From Saprospirales bacterium (GTDB lineage: Bacteria; Bacteroidota; Bacteroidia; Chitinophagales; Saprospiraceae), in contig JANOQP010001022.1 in NCBI GenBank assembly GCA_031414895.1, positions 1-31,356 of the forward strand: DNA of 31,356 nucleotides, written 5' to 3'. Below are positions 16,575 to 25,797 of the stretch, piece after piece. Position numbers and translations under genes: made by a program. The notes beneath the pieces were generated by a model. It searched no databases, had not been told where the DNA came from, and saw only the letters and a list, made by a program, of their open reading frames with translations. Position 1 is the stretch's first letter, and every line of letters starts with the position of its first letter.

Positions 16575-18116
16575 ATGGACGCCAACCTTCAAAATACTTT
16601 GCCTGCTTTTGTCCCGACCCGCACCTTTGAACCGGAGCGCGAGCGGCATTTGGCCGTCAAGTCGAACGCGCTCATGGAGGCCAAGTTTTCCTTCAACCTG
16701 TGGCAGCTCCGTATCTTTGATGTCATGGTCAGCATGGTCAACAAGAACGAGCCGGACTTCAAGATGTGCCGGATATACCTGAAGCACCTGCTCAAATTTT
16801 TTAACTCGAACGATTCGAACGATTACGACGCGGTGCGCCGAGCGGTCGTCGGGCTTGCATCCAAAAAGGTCGTCGTGCCTTACAACGATGCCGACTCGGG
16901 CGAAAAACGCTGGAAACTGCTCTCCGTCTTCCCGACTGCGACCATCCCCGACAGCACCGACCGCGACCAACGGAACAACTATGTCGAACTGCAATTCCAT
17001 CAGGACGTGAAGCCGTACCTGCTCGAACTGCGCGAGCGATTCAAAATGTACGATATCCGCAACCTATGCAATGTGCGGTCGACCTATGCTATAAAAATGT
17101 TTTGGCTGCTCAAGGAATACGACAATTTGGGGCGCCGCGAAATCGGCCTCGACGAGCTCAAAGACCTCCTCAATACCGACGATGACAGCCTTCAACTCAT
17201 CGGGACGCGCCGCGCTTCGGCCCCAAAAAAGAAGACGACGTACAAACTTTATGGTGATTTCAAGAAGCGCGTTTTGTTGAAATCGCAGGAAGATTTGGCA
17301 CGGCACTGCGATATCGCGTTCACTTTTGAGGAGAAAAAACTGGGAAACCGGGTGCACAGCCTCGTTTTCCATATTCGTCGGAACACGCCTAACAAGACCT
17401 ACCAAGACCTTCCGCAGGTGGAAGAAGTCTCCGCCGAGGTGCTTGAATCGAGGCGGACGAACCCCGGCTTAAGACAAAAACCGGAGGCAAAAAAGACAAC
17501 AAAATCAGCCGATCAGCCGACTTCTCCACTTTTTGAAAAATTCAAAACGGTGGTCGTGGAAAAATTTGGCGTTTCGCCACAAACCTTTTCCGAACTGCTC
17601 GAAGGGCGGTCGGAAACGCAGGTCAACCAAGCCATTCGCATTACGCAGCGGGCAAAAGTGAATGGGCAGATAGGGCGAAGCGTGGCCGGTTTTTTTGTCG
17701 AAGCGTTGCGCAGCGGTTTCACGGACGCAAAAGAAGAAACTGCCAAAAAACAGGCCGCCGAAGCGCAGCGACAAGCCGAGCGAGCCAAAGTATTGGCCGA
17801 ACTGGAAAACCTGCGAGACGAACAGGCACAAAGGTTCAACGACAGGATTCGTGACCTGACGACCGAAAACCCGGGCGTGACCGAGGAGGCCATTCGTTTA
17901 ATCAAAGAAAGCCCGGTGACGCGCGGCATCATCGAGGAAAAGCAACAAGCGCTCGGCCGGCCGCTCGAAATCGAGGATTTTCGGCAGGATCGGATGCTGC
18001 GCGAGTTCACGAAAGGGAAGATTTTTGAGCTGCACCGGGAGCGGTTCGAGGATGTATTGGCGGAGTTTGAGCCGAGGTTGGTGGAATGCGAGGCGCAATT
18101 GAGGAAATTGACGTGA
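16575..18116 (+). CDS. Rep_3 family plasmid replication initiator with C-terminal extension
   Basis: 513 aa. VKSNALMEAKFSFNLWQLRIFDVM, YVELQFHQDVKPYLLELRERF, STYAIKMFWLLKEY, YGDFKKRVLLKSQEDL and FEEKKLGNRVHSLVF. An iteron array lies upstream. Confidence 0.9.
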   Translation: MDANLQNTLPAFVPTRTFEPERERHLAVKSNALMEAKFSFNLWQLRIFDVMVSMVNKNEPDFKMCRIYLKHLLKFFNSNDSNDYDAVRRAVVGLASKKVVVPYNDADSGEKRWKLLSVFPTATIPDSTDRDQRNNYVELQFHQDVKPYLLELRERFKMYDIRNLCNVRSTYAIKMFWLLKEYDNLGRREIGLDELKDLLNTDDDSLQLIGTRRASAPKKKTTYKLYGDFKKRVLLKSQEDLARHCDIAFTFEEKKLGNRVHSLVFHIRRNTPNKTYQDLPQVEEVSAEVLESRRTNPGLRQKPEAKKTTKSADQPTSPLFEKFKTVVVEKFGVSPQTFSELLEGRSETQVNQAIRITQRAKVNGQIGRSVAGFFVEALRSGFTDAKEETAKKQAAEAQRQAERAKVLAELENLRDEQAQRFNDRIRDLTTENPGVTEEAIRLIKESPVTRGIIEEKQQALGRPLEIEDFRQDRMLREFTKGKIFELHRERFEDVLAEFEPRLVECEAQLRKLT

Positions 18117-18239
18117 AAAACAATAAAAAAACAACCTTTTCGATAATCTTTTTTCAAATACAAAATAGCGGTTATGCAAAGTGATTTTATCATTGCATCG
18201 GTTCTATAATTTATCTAAAAAACTAAAACTCTTTTTAAC

Positions 18240-18794
18240 ATGGGAATCAATCTGGTAAAAGGGCAACGGGTCGATTTGGAACTAAACAAAGTCTGCGTAG
18301 GACTTGGGTGGGACCCGAGCGACAGTTCGGGGGCCGATTTTGACCTTGATGCAAGTGCTTTTATGATAGGTACCAACGGAAAAATACCAAACGAGGCAAA
18401 TTTCATTTTTTACAACAACAAATTGTCGCCCGATGGGGCTGTCGAAGGTGCCGATGACGACCGGACGGGCGGGAGCAGCGATGGCGACGATGAGACCATT
18501 TCCGTGGAACTTGGAAAGGTCAGCCAGCAGATTTCCGAGATTGTTTTTGTGGTATCCATTCATGAATTTGACGTGCGCAGGCAGAATTTTGGGCAGGTGC
18601 GCAACTCGTTCATACGCATTTACAATGCTGCGAACAACGAGGAAATCGCCAAATATGAGCTGGACGAGGATTTCTCGGTCGAGAGCGTCGTCGAGTTCGG
18701 GCGGCTTTACCGAAAGGGCAGCACCTGGAAGTTTGAGGCCATCGGCAAGGGCTATCAAGGGGGGCTGCAAACACTTGTGAACAAATATTCTTGA
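18240..18794 (+). CDS. terD: TerD family stress protein
   Basis: 184 aa. INLVKGQRVDL, VGLGWD, DFDLDASAF, FIFYNN, DDRTG..SDGDDETI, NFGQVRNSFIRI and EFGRLYRKGSTWKFEAIGKG. Confidence 0.92.
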   Translation: MGINLVKGQRVDLELNKVCVGLGWDPSDSSGADFDLDASAFMIGTNGKIPNEANFIFYNNKLSPDGAVEGADDDRTGGSSDGDDETISVELGKVSQQISEIVFVVSIHEFDVRRQNFGQVRNSFIRIYNAANNEEIAKYELDEDFSVESVVEFGRLYRKGSTWKFEAIGKGYQGGLQTLVNKYS

Positions 18795-18831
18795 AAAGAA
18801 CCTTTTTTACCGCACCAAATTTTACTCAAAA

Positions 18832-19386
18832 ATGGCTATAAACCTCCAAAAAGGGCAGCGCGTCAACGTGGACTTGCCCCGTTTTACCATTGGCCTCGGT
18901 TGGGACACGAACGTTTCGGCGACCGGCGGCGATGCAGACCTTGATGCGTCGTGCTTCATCCTCGGCGAGAACAAAAAAATGCTCTCCGACGCGCATTTTA
19001 TCTTTTACAACAATACGACATCGCCAAACGGCGAGGTTGTCCATTCCGGCGACAACAAGACCGGCGACGGCGACGGCGACGATGAAAGCATCGAAATCGA
19101 CCTTTCAAAAATGGACGGCCGTGCACAGGAGGTCTGTTTTGTCGTCACCATCCATGATGCCGAGGCGCGGAAACAAAACTTTGGGCAGGTGCGCAACGCA
19201 TTTATCCGCATCGTAAATGCCTCGACAGGCGATGAAATCATGAAGTACGAACTGGACGAGGATTTTTCCATCGAGACCGCCGTCGAATTTGGCCGGCTCT
19301 ACAAACGCGGCGACGATTGGAAATTCGAGGCCGTCGGCAAAGGGCAGCGAGGTGGCCTGGGTGATTTTCTCAGCCTGTATAACTGA
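18832..19386 (+). CDS. terD: TerD family stress protein
   Basis: 184-aa paralog: INLQKGQRV, IGLGWD, DLDASCF, HSGDNKTGDGDGDDE and EFGRLYKRGDDWKFEAVG. Confidence 0.92.
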   Translation: MAINLQKGQRVNVDLPRFTIGLGWDTNVSATGGDADLDASCFILGENKKMLSDAHFIFYNNTTSPNGEVVHSGDNKTGDGDGDDESIEIDLSKMDGRAQEVCFVVTIHDAEARKQNFGQVRNAFIRIVNASTGDEIMKYELDEDFSIETAVEFGRLYKRGDDWKFEAVGKGQRGGLGDFLSLYN

Positions 19387-19439
19387 CCTCACTATTCTTA
19401 AAACCGGATACACCGCTCATTTTTTAAACCTTTAACAAC

Positions 19440-20081
19440 ATGGCTATTAACCTGACCAAAGGTCAAACAATCAACCTCGACAAATCCGCCTACAACCTTT
19501 CCCGCGTCACCATCGGCCTCGGCTGGGACGTGAAAAAACCTGCCGGCGGGGGCGGCCTCCTTGGCGGCCTTTTCGGGAAAAAACAGGAGGACTATGACCT
19601 TGATGCCGTCGCTTTTTTGCTCGATGCGTCGGACAAGGTCATTAGCATCGGCGACAAAACACTGGTCGGCGGCGACATTATATTCTTCAACAACCTGCGC
19701 CACCCGTCCGGCCAAATCTGGCTCACGGGCGACAACCGCACCGGCGCGGGCGATGGTGACGATGAACAGATTATCGTCAACCTCGACGGTCTCGGCCAGC
19801 AATACCAAAAAATACTGTTTTCGGTCGTCATATACCAAGGCCACTCGCGCAAGCAGCATTTTGGCGAGGTCGCCAATGCCTATATCCGCGCAGTTGATGC
19901 CGGCGGGAAGGAGATGGCCCGCTTCAATTTGAGCAACGACGCCACCTTTACTGGAATGTGCTCCATGGTTTTTGCCGAGGTATATCGCAAGGACGGCGGC
20001 TGGAAAGTCCGGGCCATCGGCAACCCGATGCCTGCAGACACCTTCATCGAAATCCTGCGCGGCTATATCCGCACGGCCTAA
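19440..20081 (+). CDS. TerD/TerZ family stress protein
   Basis: 213 aa. INLTKGQTINL, IGLGWD, a GGGGLLGGLFG insert, YDLDAVAF, LTGDNRTGAGDGDDEQI and FAEVYRKDGGWKVRAIG. Confidence 0.88.
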   Translation: MAINLTKGQTINLDKSAYNLSRVTIGLGWDVKKPAGGGGLLGGLFGKKQEDYDLDAVAFLLDASDKVISIGDKTLVGGDIIFFNNLRHPSGQIWLTGDNRTGAGDGDDEQIIVNLDGLGQQYQKILFSVVIYQGHSRKQHFGEVANAYIRAVDAGGKEMARFNLSNDATFTGMCSMVFAEVYRKDGGWKVRAIGNPMPADTFIEILRGYIRTA

Positions 20082-20096
20082 AATCAACCTTTCCCA

Positions 20097-20732
20097 ATGA
20101 GAAGATTACCAGTCTACCTATTGCTCGACACCTCCGGATCCATGTCCGGCGAGCCGATCGAGGCCGTCCGCAGCGGTGTGCAAATGCTCGTTTCCTCGCT
20201 CCGTACCGACCCGCAGGCGCTCGAAGCTGCTTATTTGAGCGTCATCACGTTCGACACGACGGCCCGCCAATTGGTGCCGCTGACCGAACTGACCTCATTT
20301 CAAATGCCACATTTCGAGGCCGGTGGTGTCACCTGTTTTGGTGAGGCACTCAATGTTCTGGCCAATTGCATCGATAGCGAGATCCGCAAGACAACGCCCG
20401 ATTCCAAGGGCGATTGGAAGCCCCTCGTCTTCCTCATGACCGACGGACTACCGACCGACGATTGGAAAAAAGGACTTGCTGAATTCCAAAAACGCCGCTG
20501 CGGCATAGTCGTCGCCTGCATGGTCGGCTCGTCCGACACGGGTGTTTTGCAACAGGTTACGGACTCGGTCGTACAGCTCGACACAGCGGACAGCGCATCG
20601 CTCAAAGCCTTTTTCAAATGGGTCTCAGCCTCCATCAGTGTGAGCAGCCAAAAGGTCGAAACGGCCCAAAAGGAAATTGGCGGGTTGAGCGAACTGCCGC
20701 CGCCGCCGCCGGAGGTCAATATCGTTATTTGA
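20097..20732 (+). CDS. terY: TerY vWA domain protein (paralog 1)
   Basis: 211 aa. MRRLPVYLLLDTSGSMSGE (MIDAS DxSxS), KGDWKPLVFLMTDG, FFKWVSAS and a PPPPPEV tail. Confidence 0.9.
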   Translation: MRRLPVYLLLDTSGSMSGEPIEAVRSGVQMLVSSLRTDPQALEAAYLSVITFDTTARQLVPLTELTSFQMPHFEAGGVTCFGEALNVLANCIDSEIRKTTPDSKGDWKPLVFLMTDGLPTDDWKKGLAEFQKRRCGIVVACMVGSSDTGVLQQVTDSVVQLDTADSASLKAFFKWVSASISVSSQKVETAQKEIGGLSELPPPPPEVNIVI

Positions 20733-21448
20733 TGTGGCCGGACAACCTTGGGCGGTTTGAGCATTGGTCGTTCGATCTTTGGCAAACATTGATTAGGCCA
20801 AACCCCGCCTTTAAAAAGGTGCGTTCGGCATGGATACTCGACGAGTTCAATCCGCCCGGGCATTCCGTGGAAAGCATCGAAAACGCTTTTTCAGAAATGA
20901 ACCGATTGGCCAATTCCATCAATGAAAAGGTTGGGAAGAACATCGACGCGCTCGAAATATTGGCAAGCTCGCTTTACCGGATCGACATCGACATCGACAA
21001 CCTCGACGCGGCGGTGCTCAACGGGGCAGACTGCGAGATATGTCGGATCTTTTGTGAAAACCCACCAACCATCTTTGATGGCCAAATTATCCCCGCGCTT
21101 GATTTTTTGAAAAAAAAGGGCTGCACCATCAGCCTTTTGAGCAACACGGGCAGCATCCGGGGCGCGACGTTAAAAACCGCGCTTGCGCCGACGGGGCTTT
21201 TTGATCGGTTCGATTTTCTCCTTTTTTCCGATGAAATGGGCGTTTCAAAACCAAGCCCGGCGGCCTTTGATTTTTTGAAAAGCGAGGTCAACAGCCGCCG
21301 CCCGGATTTACCGGAGTCAAACATCCTGCACATCGGCGACAGCCAATTGGCCGACGAACTTGGCGCAAAAAACGCGGGACTTGCCGCTGTACGTATCAAC
21401 TCAAACAACCTTCGGCTGGGAGACCTGCTGAGTCAAATCTTGCCATGA
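20732..21448 (+). CDS. HAD-superfamily hydrolase
   Basis: 238 aa from ATG 20732, which overlaps the terY stop. Motif I variant SFDLWQTL, motif II LLSNTG, SDEMGVSKPS and LHIGDSQLADELGA. Confidence 0.85.
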   Translation: MWPDNLGRFEHWSFDLWQTLIRPNPAFKKVRSAWILDEFNPPGHSVESIENAFSEMNRLANSINEKVGKNIDALEILASSLYRIDIDIDNLDAAVLNGADCEICRIFCENPPTIFDGQIIPALDFLKKKGCTISLLSNTGSIRGATLKTALAPTGLFDRFDFLLFSDEMGVSKPSPAAFDFLKSEVNSRRPDLPESNILHIGDSQLADELGAKNAGLAAVRINSNNLRLGDLLSQILP

Positions 21449-22296
21449 AACAACGATTTTCCTTACATGAAATAGTCGAAAGGGAAAGCCCAGGTTTTGA
21501 CCCGGTCGATTACAGCCGCTTCAAGCACGGGGATGGCAAGGTTGCCGAGAAATGGGGGGAGGAACTGGCCTGCGCTTTTTACGAAAAGGTGTTCCGTTTT
21601 TTGCCCGACAACCGCCCGACCGTGGCACTGTCGAGTCCTTTTTGTCATATACCAACGGCCAGTTTTTTCATGTATAGGCAATTTTTGGCGCGGATCAACC
21701 GCCTGTTGGCTGCGGATGGCCGCCCTGTGGTATCGGAAAGCAAGATTTTTCGCACCGTCACCTATCGGGACGATTACGGCAGCCTGAACGCATCCGAACG
21801 GTTGAGGCTCATCGGCAATGATTTGTTTCAGCTCGACCGCCATTTTTTGGCCGGAAAAAGGTTGCTTTTGTTGGATGATATCCGCATCACGGGCAGCCAT
21901 GAAACGGTCATCGAACGTGCTTTGGAGGCCCATGACCTGCTCGACTGCCAGCGGTCTTATCTTTTTTTTGCCGAATTGGCCAACCATGCCATCCACCCGA
22001 ACATCGAAAACCACTTGAACAATTACGCAATGAAATCGCTGGATGACCTACATGAGATCATTCAGGAAGGCCATTTCAGGCTCAACACGCGAGTCGTAAA
22101 ATGGGTGCTTGCCCACGAGCCAATTGCGTTTCAGTCCTTTTTTAAAAAACAAGGAGATGCTTTTTGGCAGCCTTTTTTTGATGCGGCCATTGGCAACAGC
22201 TATCATGAAATTGGGGAATATCAAAAAAATTTAAACTTTCTTGCCCGGAAATTGCACGAATCGGTGGCCGTTACCGGGGCTTTTTTGGAGGCCTGA
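21445..22296 (+). CDS. Ter-associated phosphoribosyltransferase (PRTase_2-like)
   Basis: 283 aa. PRPP-binding loop LLLLDDIRITGSHE, YSRFKHGD and ALSSPFCHIPTAS. Start overlaps the HAD stop (ATGA). Confidence 0.78.
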   Translation: MKQRFSLHEIVERESPGFDPVDYSRFKHGDGKVAEKWGEELACAFYEKVFRFLPDNRPTVALSSPFCHIPTASFFMYRQFLARINRLLAADGRPVVSESKIFRTVTYRDDYGSLNASERLRLIGNDLFQLDRHFLAGKRLLLLDDIRITGSHETVIERALEAHDLLDCQRSYLFFAELANHAIHPNIENHLNNYAMKSLDDLHEIIQEGHFRLNTRVVKWVLAHEPIAFQSFFKKQGDAFWQPFFDAAIGNSYHEIGEYQKNLNFLARKLHESVAVTGAFLEA

Positions 22297-22352
22297 TTTT
22301 TTCGGACAAAACCATTTTGCCCAAAACGCACATCAAGAAAAACATCAAAACC

Positions 22353-22991
22353 ATGCGTCGCCTGCCCGTTTACCTCCTGATTGACACCTCCGGTTCGATG
22401 CGTGGCGAGCCAATCGAATCCGTCAATGTCGGTCTTCAAACCATGATTGCCACACTCCGGCAGGACCCGCAGGCTCTCGAATCGGTTCATATCAGTATCA
22501 TCACCTTTGATCAAGCGGTCAATACATTGATGCCGCTAACCGCCATCGAGACCTTCCAATTGCCCATCATCAAGACCCCTGACAGCGGCCCGACACACCT
22601 CGGCGAGGCCATAGAAATGCTCTGCAAACAGGTGGACAGAGAGTTAATAAAAACCTCCGCTGACCAAAAGGGCGACTGGATGCCCCTACTTTTCATAATG
22701 ACCGACGGCAAGCCGAGCGACCTGATGCGCTATCGCGAAAACGTGCCTGAACTCAAAAAGCGCCCTTTCGGCACCATCGTAGCCTGTGCTGCAGGGCCAA
22801 AAGCGGAGGACAGCTATTTGCAGGAGATCACGCCCAATGTCTTTCACCTCGACACGACAGACCGTGCCACTTTCCTATCTTTCTTTAAATGGGTCTCGTC
22901 CACCGTCAGCGTCGGCAACCGGAGCATGGGCGTTGCGAGCGGCGAGGCCATTTTGCCGCCGCCGCCGCCGGAGGTGCAGATCGTGATATAA
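22353..22991 (+). CDS. terY: TerY vWA domain protein (paralog 2)
   Basis: 212 aa from ATG 22353. MRRLPVYLLIDTSGSMRGE, KGDWMPLLFIMTDG and a PPPPPEV tail. Confidence 0.9.
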   Translation: MRRLPVYLLIDTSGSMRGEPIESVNVGLQTMIATLRQDPQALESVHISIITFDQAVNTLMPLTAIETFQLPIIKTPDSGPTHLGEAIEMLCKQVDRELIKTSADQKGDWMPLLFIMTDGKPSDLMRYRENVPELKKRPFGTIVACAAGPKAEDSYLQEITPNVFHLDTTDRATFLSFFKWVSSTVSVGNRSMGVASGEAILPPPPPEVQIVI

Positions 22992-23028
22992 AACTTTTTT
23001 TTTGAAAACAACCTAAACCCGTTTTCCC

Positions 23029-24087
23029 ATGCGTCGCCTGCCCATTTTTTTCCTCCTCGACGTGTCCGAATCCATGATTGGTGAACCGCTTGAAGAAGTT
23101 CAGCGCGGCCTCGAAACACTGATCCGCGAGCTTCGACAAGATCCCAATTCGCTCGAAACGGCCTATTTGTCAATTCTTGCCTTTGCCGGCAAGCCCGTCC
23201 GTATCTCGGCACTGACCGAAATCTTCAATTTTTACCCGCCCCGCTTGCCCATTGGCGGGGGGACTTCGCTGGGTCTCGCACTCGATTTTTTGATGTCCGA
23301 AATGGATCTGCAGGTCAAAAAGCCATCGCCCGATACGAAGGGCGACTGGAAGCCAATCATTTTCCTGTTCAGTGACGGCGTGCCGACCGACGAATATCAG
23401 GCCGCCGTGGAGCGGTGGAAAGGCCGCTACAAAGACCGCGTGACGATGGTCGCAGTGGCCATCGGCTCGGAGGCCGATATCCATCTTTTGCAGGAACTGA
23501 CAGAACACGTTTTTGTGTTCAACGACACCGAGCCGGAAGCCTACAAAAAGTTTTTCCGCTGGGTCACGCAGTCCATCAAGGCTACGAGCCAATCGGTGAC
23601 GGCGGAGAACTTGGACAAGATCCAATTGACAAAGCTCGATGCAGACATCCTAAAAAATGCTGAAATGAATGGCAATTCCCGCGAGGAATGGCTCGATTCA
23701 AAATGGGCGGTCATCCCGGCGCGCTGCCAAAAAACGCGGCAGCCTTATTTGATGAAATACCTGAAAACGGTCGTGCCAAACGAATACACCAAAGAATTTG
23801 GTTTCAAATCGCGCATTTACCGGCTCACGGGAGCCTATCCGGTCGAGCAGTCCTATTTTGAGATGTGCGGCCCGTCGGGGGGGCCAGAGCCTTCAATCAA
23901 TACGCAGGAGTTGCTCGGTTTCCCATATTGCCCTTGCTGCGGCAATCAGTTCGGCTTTGCGCTCTGCGCCTGCGGGAAGGTGCTTTGCACGGGCGAAGAA
24001 GAGATGACGACCTGCCCGTGGTGCGGGTTGCAGGGCCAATATGGCGTGACGAAGGGCAGCGCGAACGTCGGGCGCGGGCGGGGGTGA
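23029..24087 (+). CDS. terY: TerY vWA protein with C-terminal TerY-C metal-binding domain (paralog 3)
   Basis: 352 aa. MRRLPIFFLLDVSESMIGE and KGDWKPIIFLFSDG. Cys-rich C-terminus CPCCGNQFGFALCACGKVLC...CPWCG. Confidence 0.88.
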   Translation: MRRLPIFFLLDVSESMIGEPLEEVQRGLETLIRELRQDPNSLETAYLSILAFAGKPVRISALTEIFNFYPPRLPIGGGTSLGLALDFLMSEMDLQVKKPSPDTKGDWKPIIFLFSDGVPTDEYQAAVERWKGRYKDRVTMVAVAIGSEADIHLLQELTEHVFVFNDTEPEAYKKFFRWVTQSIKATSQSVTAENLDKIQLTKLDADILKNAEMNGNSREEWLDSKWAVIPARCQKTRQPYLMKYLKTVVPNEYTKEFGFKSRIYRLTGAYPVEQSYFEMCGPSGGPEPSINTQELLGFPYCPCCGNQFGFALCACGKVLCTGEEEMTTCPWCGLQGQYGVTKGSANVGRGRG

Positions 24088-24119
24088 TTTTTTATTAACC
24101 AAAAGAACAGCAACCCAAA

Positions 24120-25778
24120 ATGGGAAATTTTGCAGAGAACGAGTGGCGGAAACTGCTCGAAGTATTGTTCGAGCCACCCGCCGGCCCGTATTTCGAGGGG
24201 CGGATGCGCCAATATTTAAGGAATCAAGAGACCAAAAAACTGCTCGATGAAATCACTTTGGAGCTAAAAAATGATTGGGATAAATTCATAGATGACCCCA
24301 AAACTTGGGTCTCAAACAAAACAGAGGCGGCTCAAGCAGACAGGCTAATTCCCTTCACAATAGAGAGCGTTGTACAGGAAACGAAGCAGGAAGAACCGCG
24401 ACCCCAAGAATTACCCACCGTGCCAGAAACCGAAATTTCACAAGCTCAACCCATCGATCCACCTATCACCCTCGTCGAACAAAAGCCAGAGCCCATGCAA
24501 TTTACACCAACTACGCCGCCCCCGCCGCCGCCCCGCCCCATCCCGCTCCGGGTCAGTTTGATGCCCATAAAAATGAACGAGGCGGTCAATATCGACCTCG
24601 ACGACCACCCTGACCTAAAATGGGGGGATATCACCGAGGCCGATTTTGAACGCGCGGATATTGAAGCGATTGGCCTTCAATATGACAAAAACACGCATCG
24701 GCTTTTTGGCAAGCCAACGCAGCAGGGCGAGTTCACGCTCGATTTTGAGTTCAAAAGCAAGCATGAGGAGGGCTGGTTGACCAGCAAGTTCATCCTCTTT
24801 GTCAACCCCGACCCGCGCAGCCTTTGGAAGGACGAGCCGACCGACCCGCTTTTGCCCTATCAAAAAAAGGATTTTGATCAAAAATCTGACCGTCGCGGCA
24901 CTCGCACAGTTGTTGCGGCGAGCGCCCGCGGCCGATCGCACGCGCACGAAGGGAAATTCAGGGACGACGATTTTTTCATCGAAGCCGACGCGGCGAGCGG
25001 CTGGTATTTCATGGCGGTCGCCGATGGGGCCGGCTCGGCCAAATATTCCCGAAAAGGCTCGGAACTTGCTTGCAAGTCGGCGCAGGATTTTTTGCGGGAC
25101 AGCCTGACTACACCGCCGTCGAAACCCCTATTGGAGCGGTTTGAGGAAATTATTTTAGAACTAAAAAGAACAGGGTCTTTGGGTGGCGACGACAAGGCTT
25201 TTTTCCAAAAACTGCTCGTCGAGGTGGCGTTTGAGGCGCACAAGACCATCGAACGGGAAGTGGCCGCACCATCCGACCCAAAGATGGCCGGGCTGCCAAG
25301 TGTCGCGATGCGAGACTATTCGACGACTTTCATTTTGGCGATTGCCAAAAAATTCGATTTTGGTTGGTTTGTCGGTTCGTTCGGGGTGGGGGATGGCGGC
25401 ATCGCGATTTACCACGACGGACAAGAGCCTATTTTATTGGCCGAGCCGGACGGTGGCGAATTTGCCGGGCAGACCCGTTTTTTGACCATGCCCGAGACTT
25501 TCAAGGAAGGTGTTTATGCGCGTTTCAAATACCATTTTTTGCGCTCGGACGAAGATTTTACCGCCCTTGTCCTGATGACCGACGGCGTGACCGACCCCAA
25601 GTTCCCGACGGACAACAGTTTGAAGAGCGCGGCCGTTTGGGCGGAGTTTTGGGACGATATTTCCAAGAATGTCGATTTTCAAAAAGACAATGAAAACCTC
25701 GAAGCCGAGCTTTTGGCATGGCTCAACTTTTGGTCGCCGGGCAACCATGACGACCGGACGATTGCCATCCTTTTTTGA
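24120..25778 (+). CDS. PP2C-family Ser/Thr phosphatase of the TerY-P triad, with N-terminal extension
   Basis: 552 aa. SARGRSHAHEGKFRDDD, MAVADGAGSA, VGDGG, GEFAGQTRF, LMTDGVTDP and GNHDDRT. Confidence 0.9.
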   Translation: MGNFAENEWRKLLEVLFEPPAGPYFEGRMRQYLRNQETKKLLDEITLELKNDWDKFIDDPKTWVSNKTEAAQADRLIPFTIESVVQETKQEEPRPQELPTVPETEISQAQPIDPPITLVEQKPEPMQFTPTTPPPPPPRPIPLRVSLMPIKMNEAVNIDLDDHPDLKWGDITEADFERADIEAIGLQYDKNTHRLFGKPTQQGEFTLDFEFKSKHEEGWLTSKFILFVNPDPRSLWKDEPTDPLLPYQKKDFDQKSDRRGTRTVVAASARGRSHAHEGKFRDDDFFIEADAASGWYFMAVADGAGSAKYSRKGSELACKSAQDFLRDSLTTPPSKPLLERFEEIILELKRTGSLGGDDKAFFQKLLVEVAFEAHKTIEREVAAPSDPKMAGLPSVAMRDYSTTFILAIAKKFDFGWFVGSFGVGDGGIAIYHDGQEPILLAEPDGGEFAGQTRFLTMPETFKEGVYARFKYHFLRSDEDFTALVLMTDGVTDPKFPTDNSLKSAAVWAEFWDDISKNVDFQKDNENLEAELLAWLNFWSPGNHDDRTIAILF

Positions 25779-25797
25779 AAAACGAACCAGTTTGTTT

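Larger units (their letters stand above)
13589..18116. mobile_element. Plasmid / secondary replicon backbone (parA-RHH, Bro-N, iteron ori, rep)
   Basis: Partition cassette, centromere-like repeats, iteron origin and Rep_3 initiator occur together. An integrated plasmid cannot be excluded from this window. Confidence 0.8.

Noticed and set aside
20695-22990. Repeated CCGCCGCCGCCGCCGGAGGT sequences as DNA repeats
   Set aside because: They encode the conserved PPPPPEV tails of paralogous TerY proteins.
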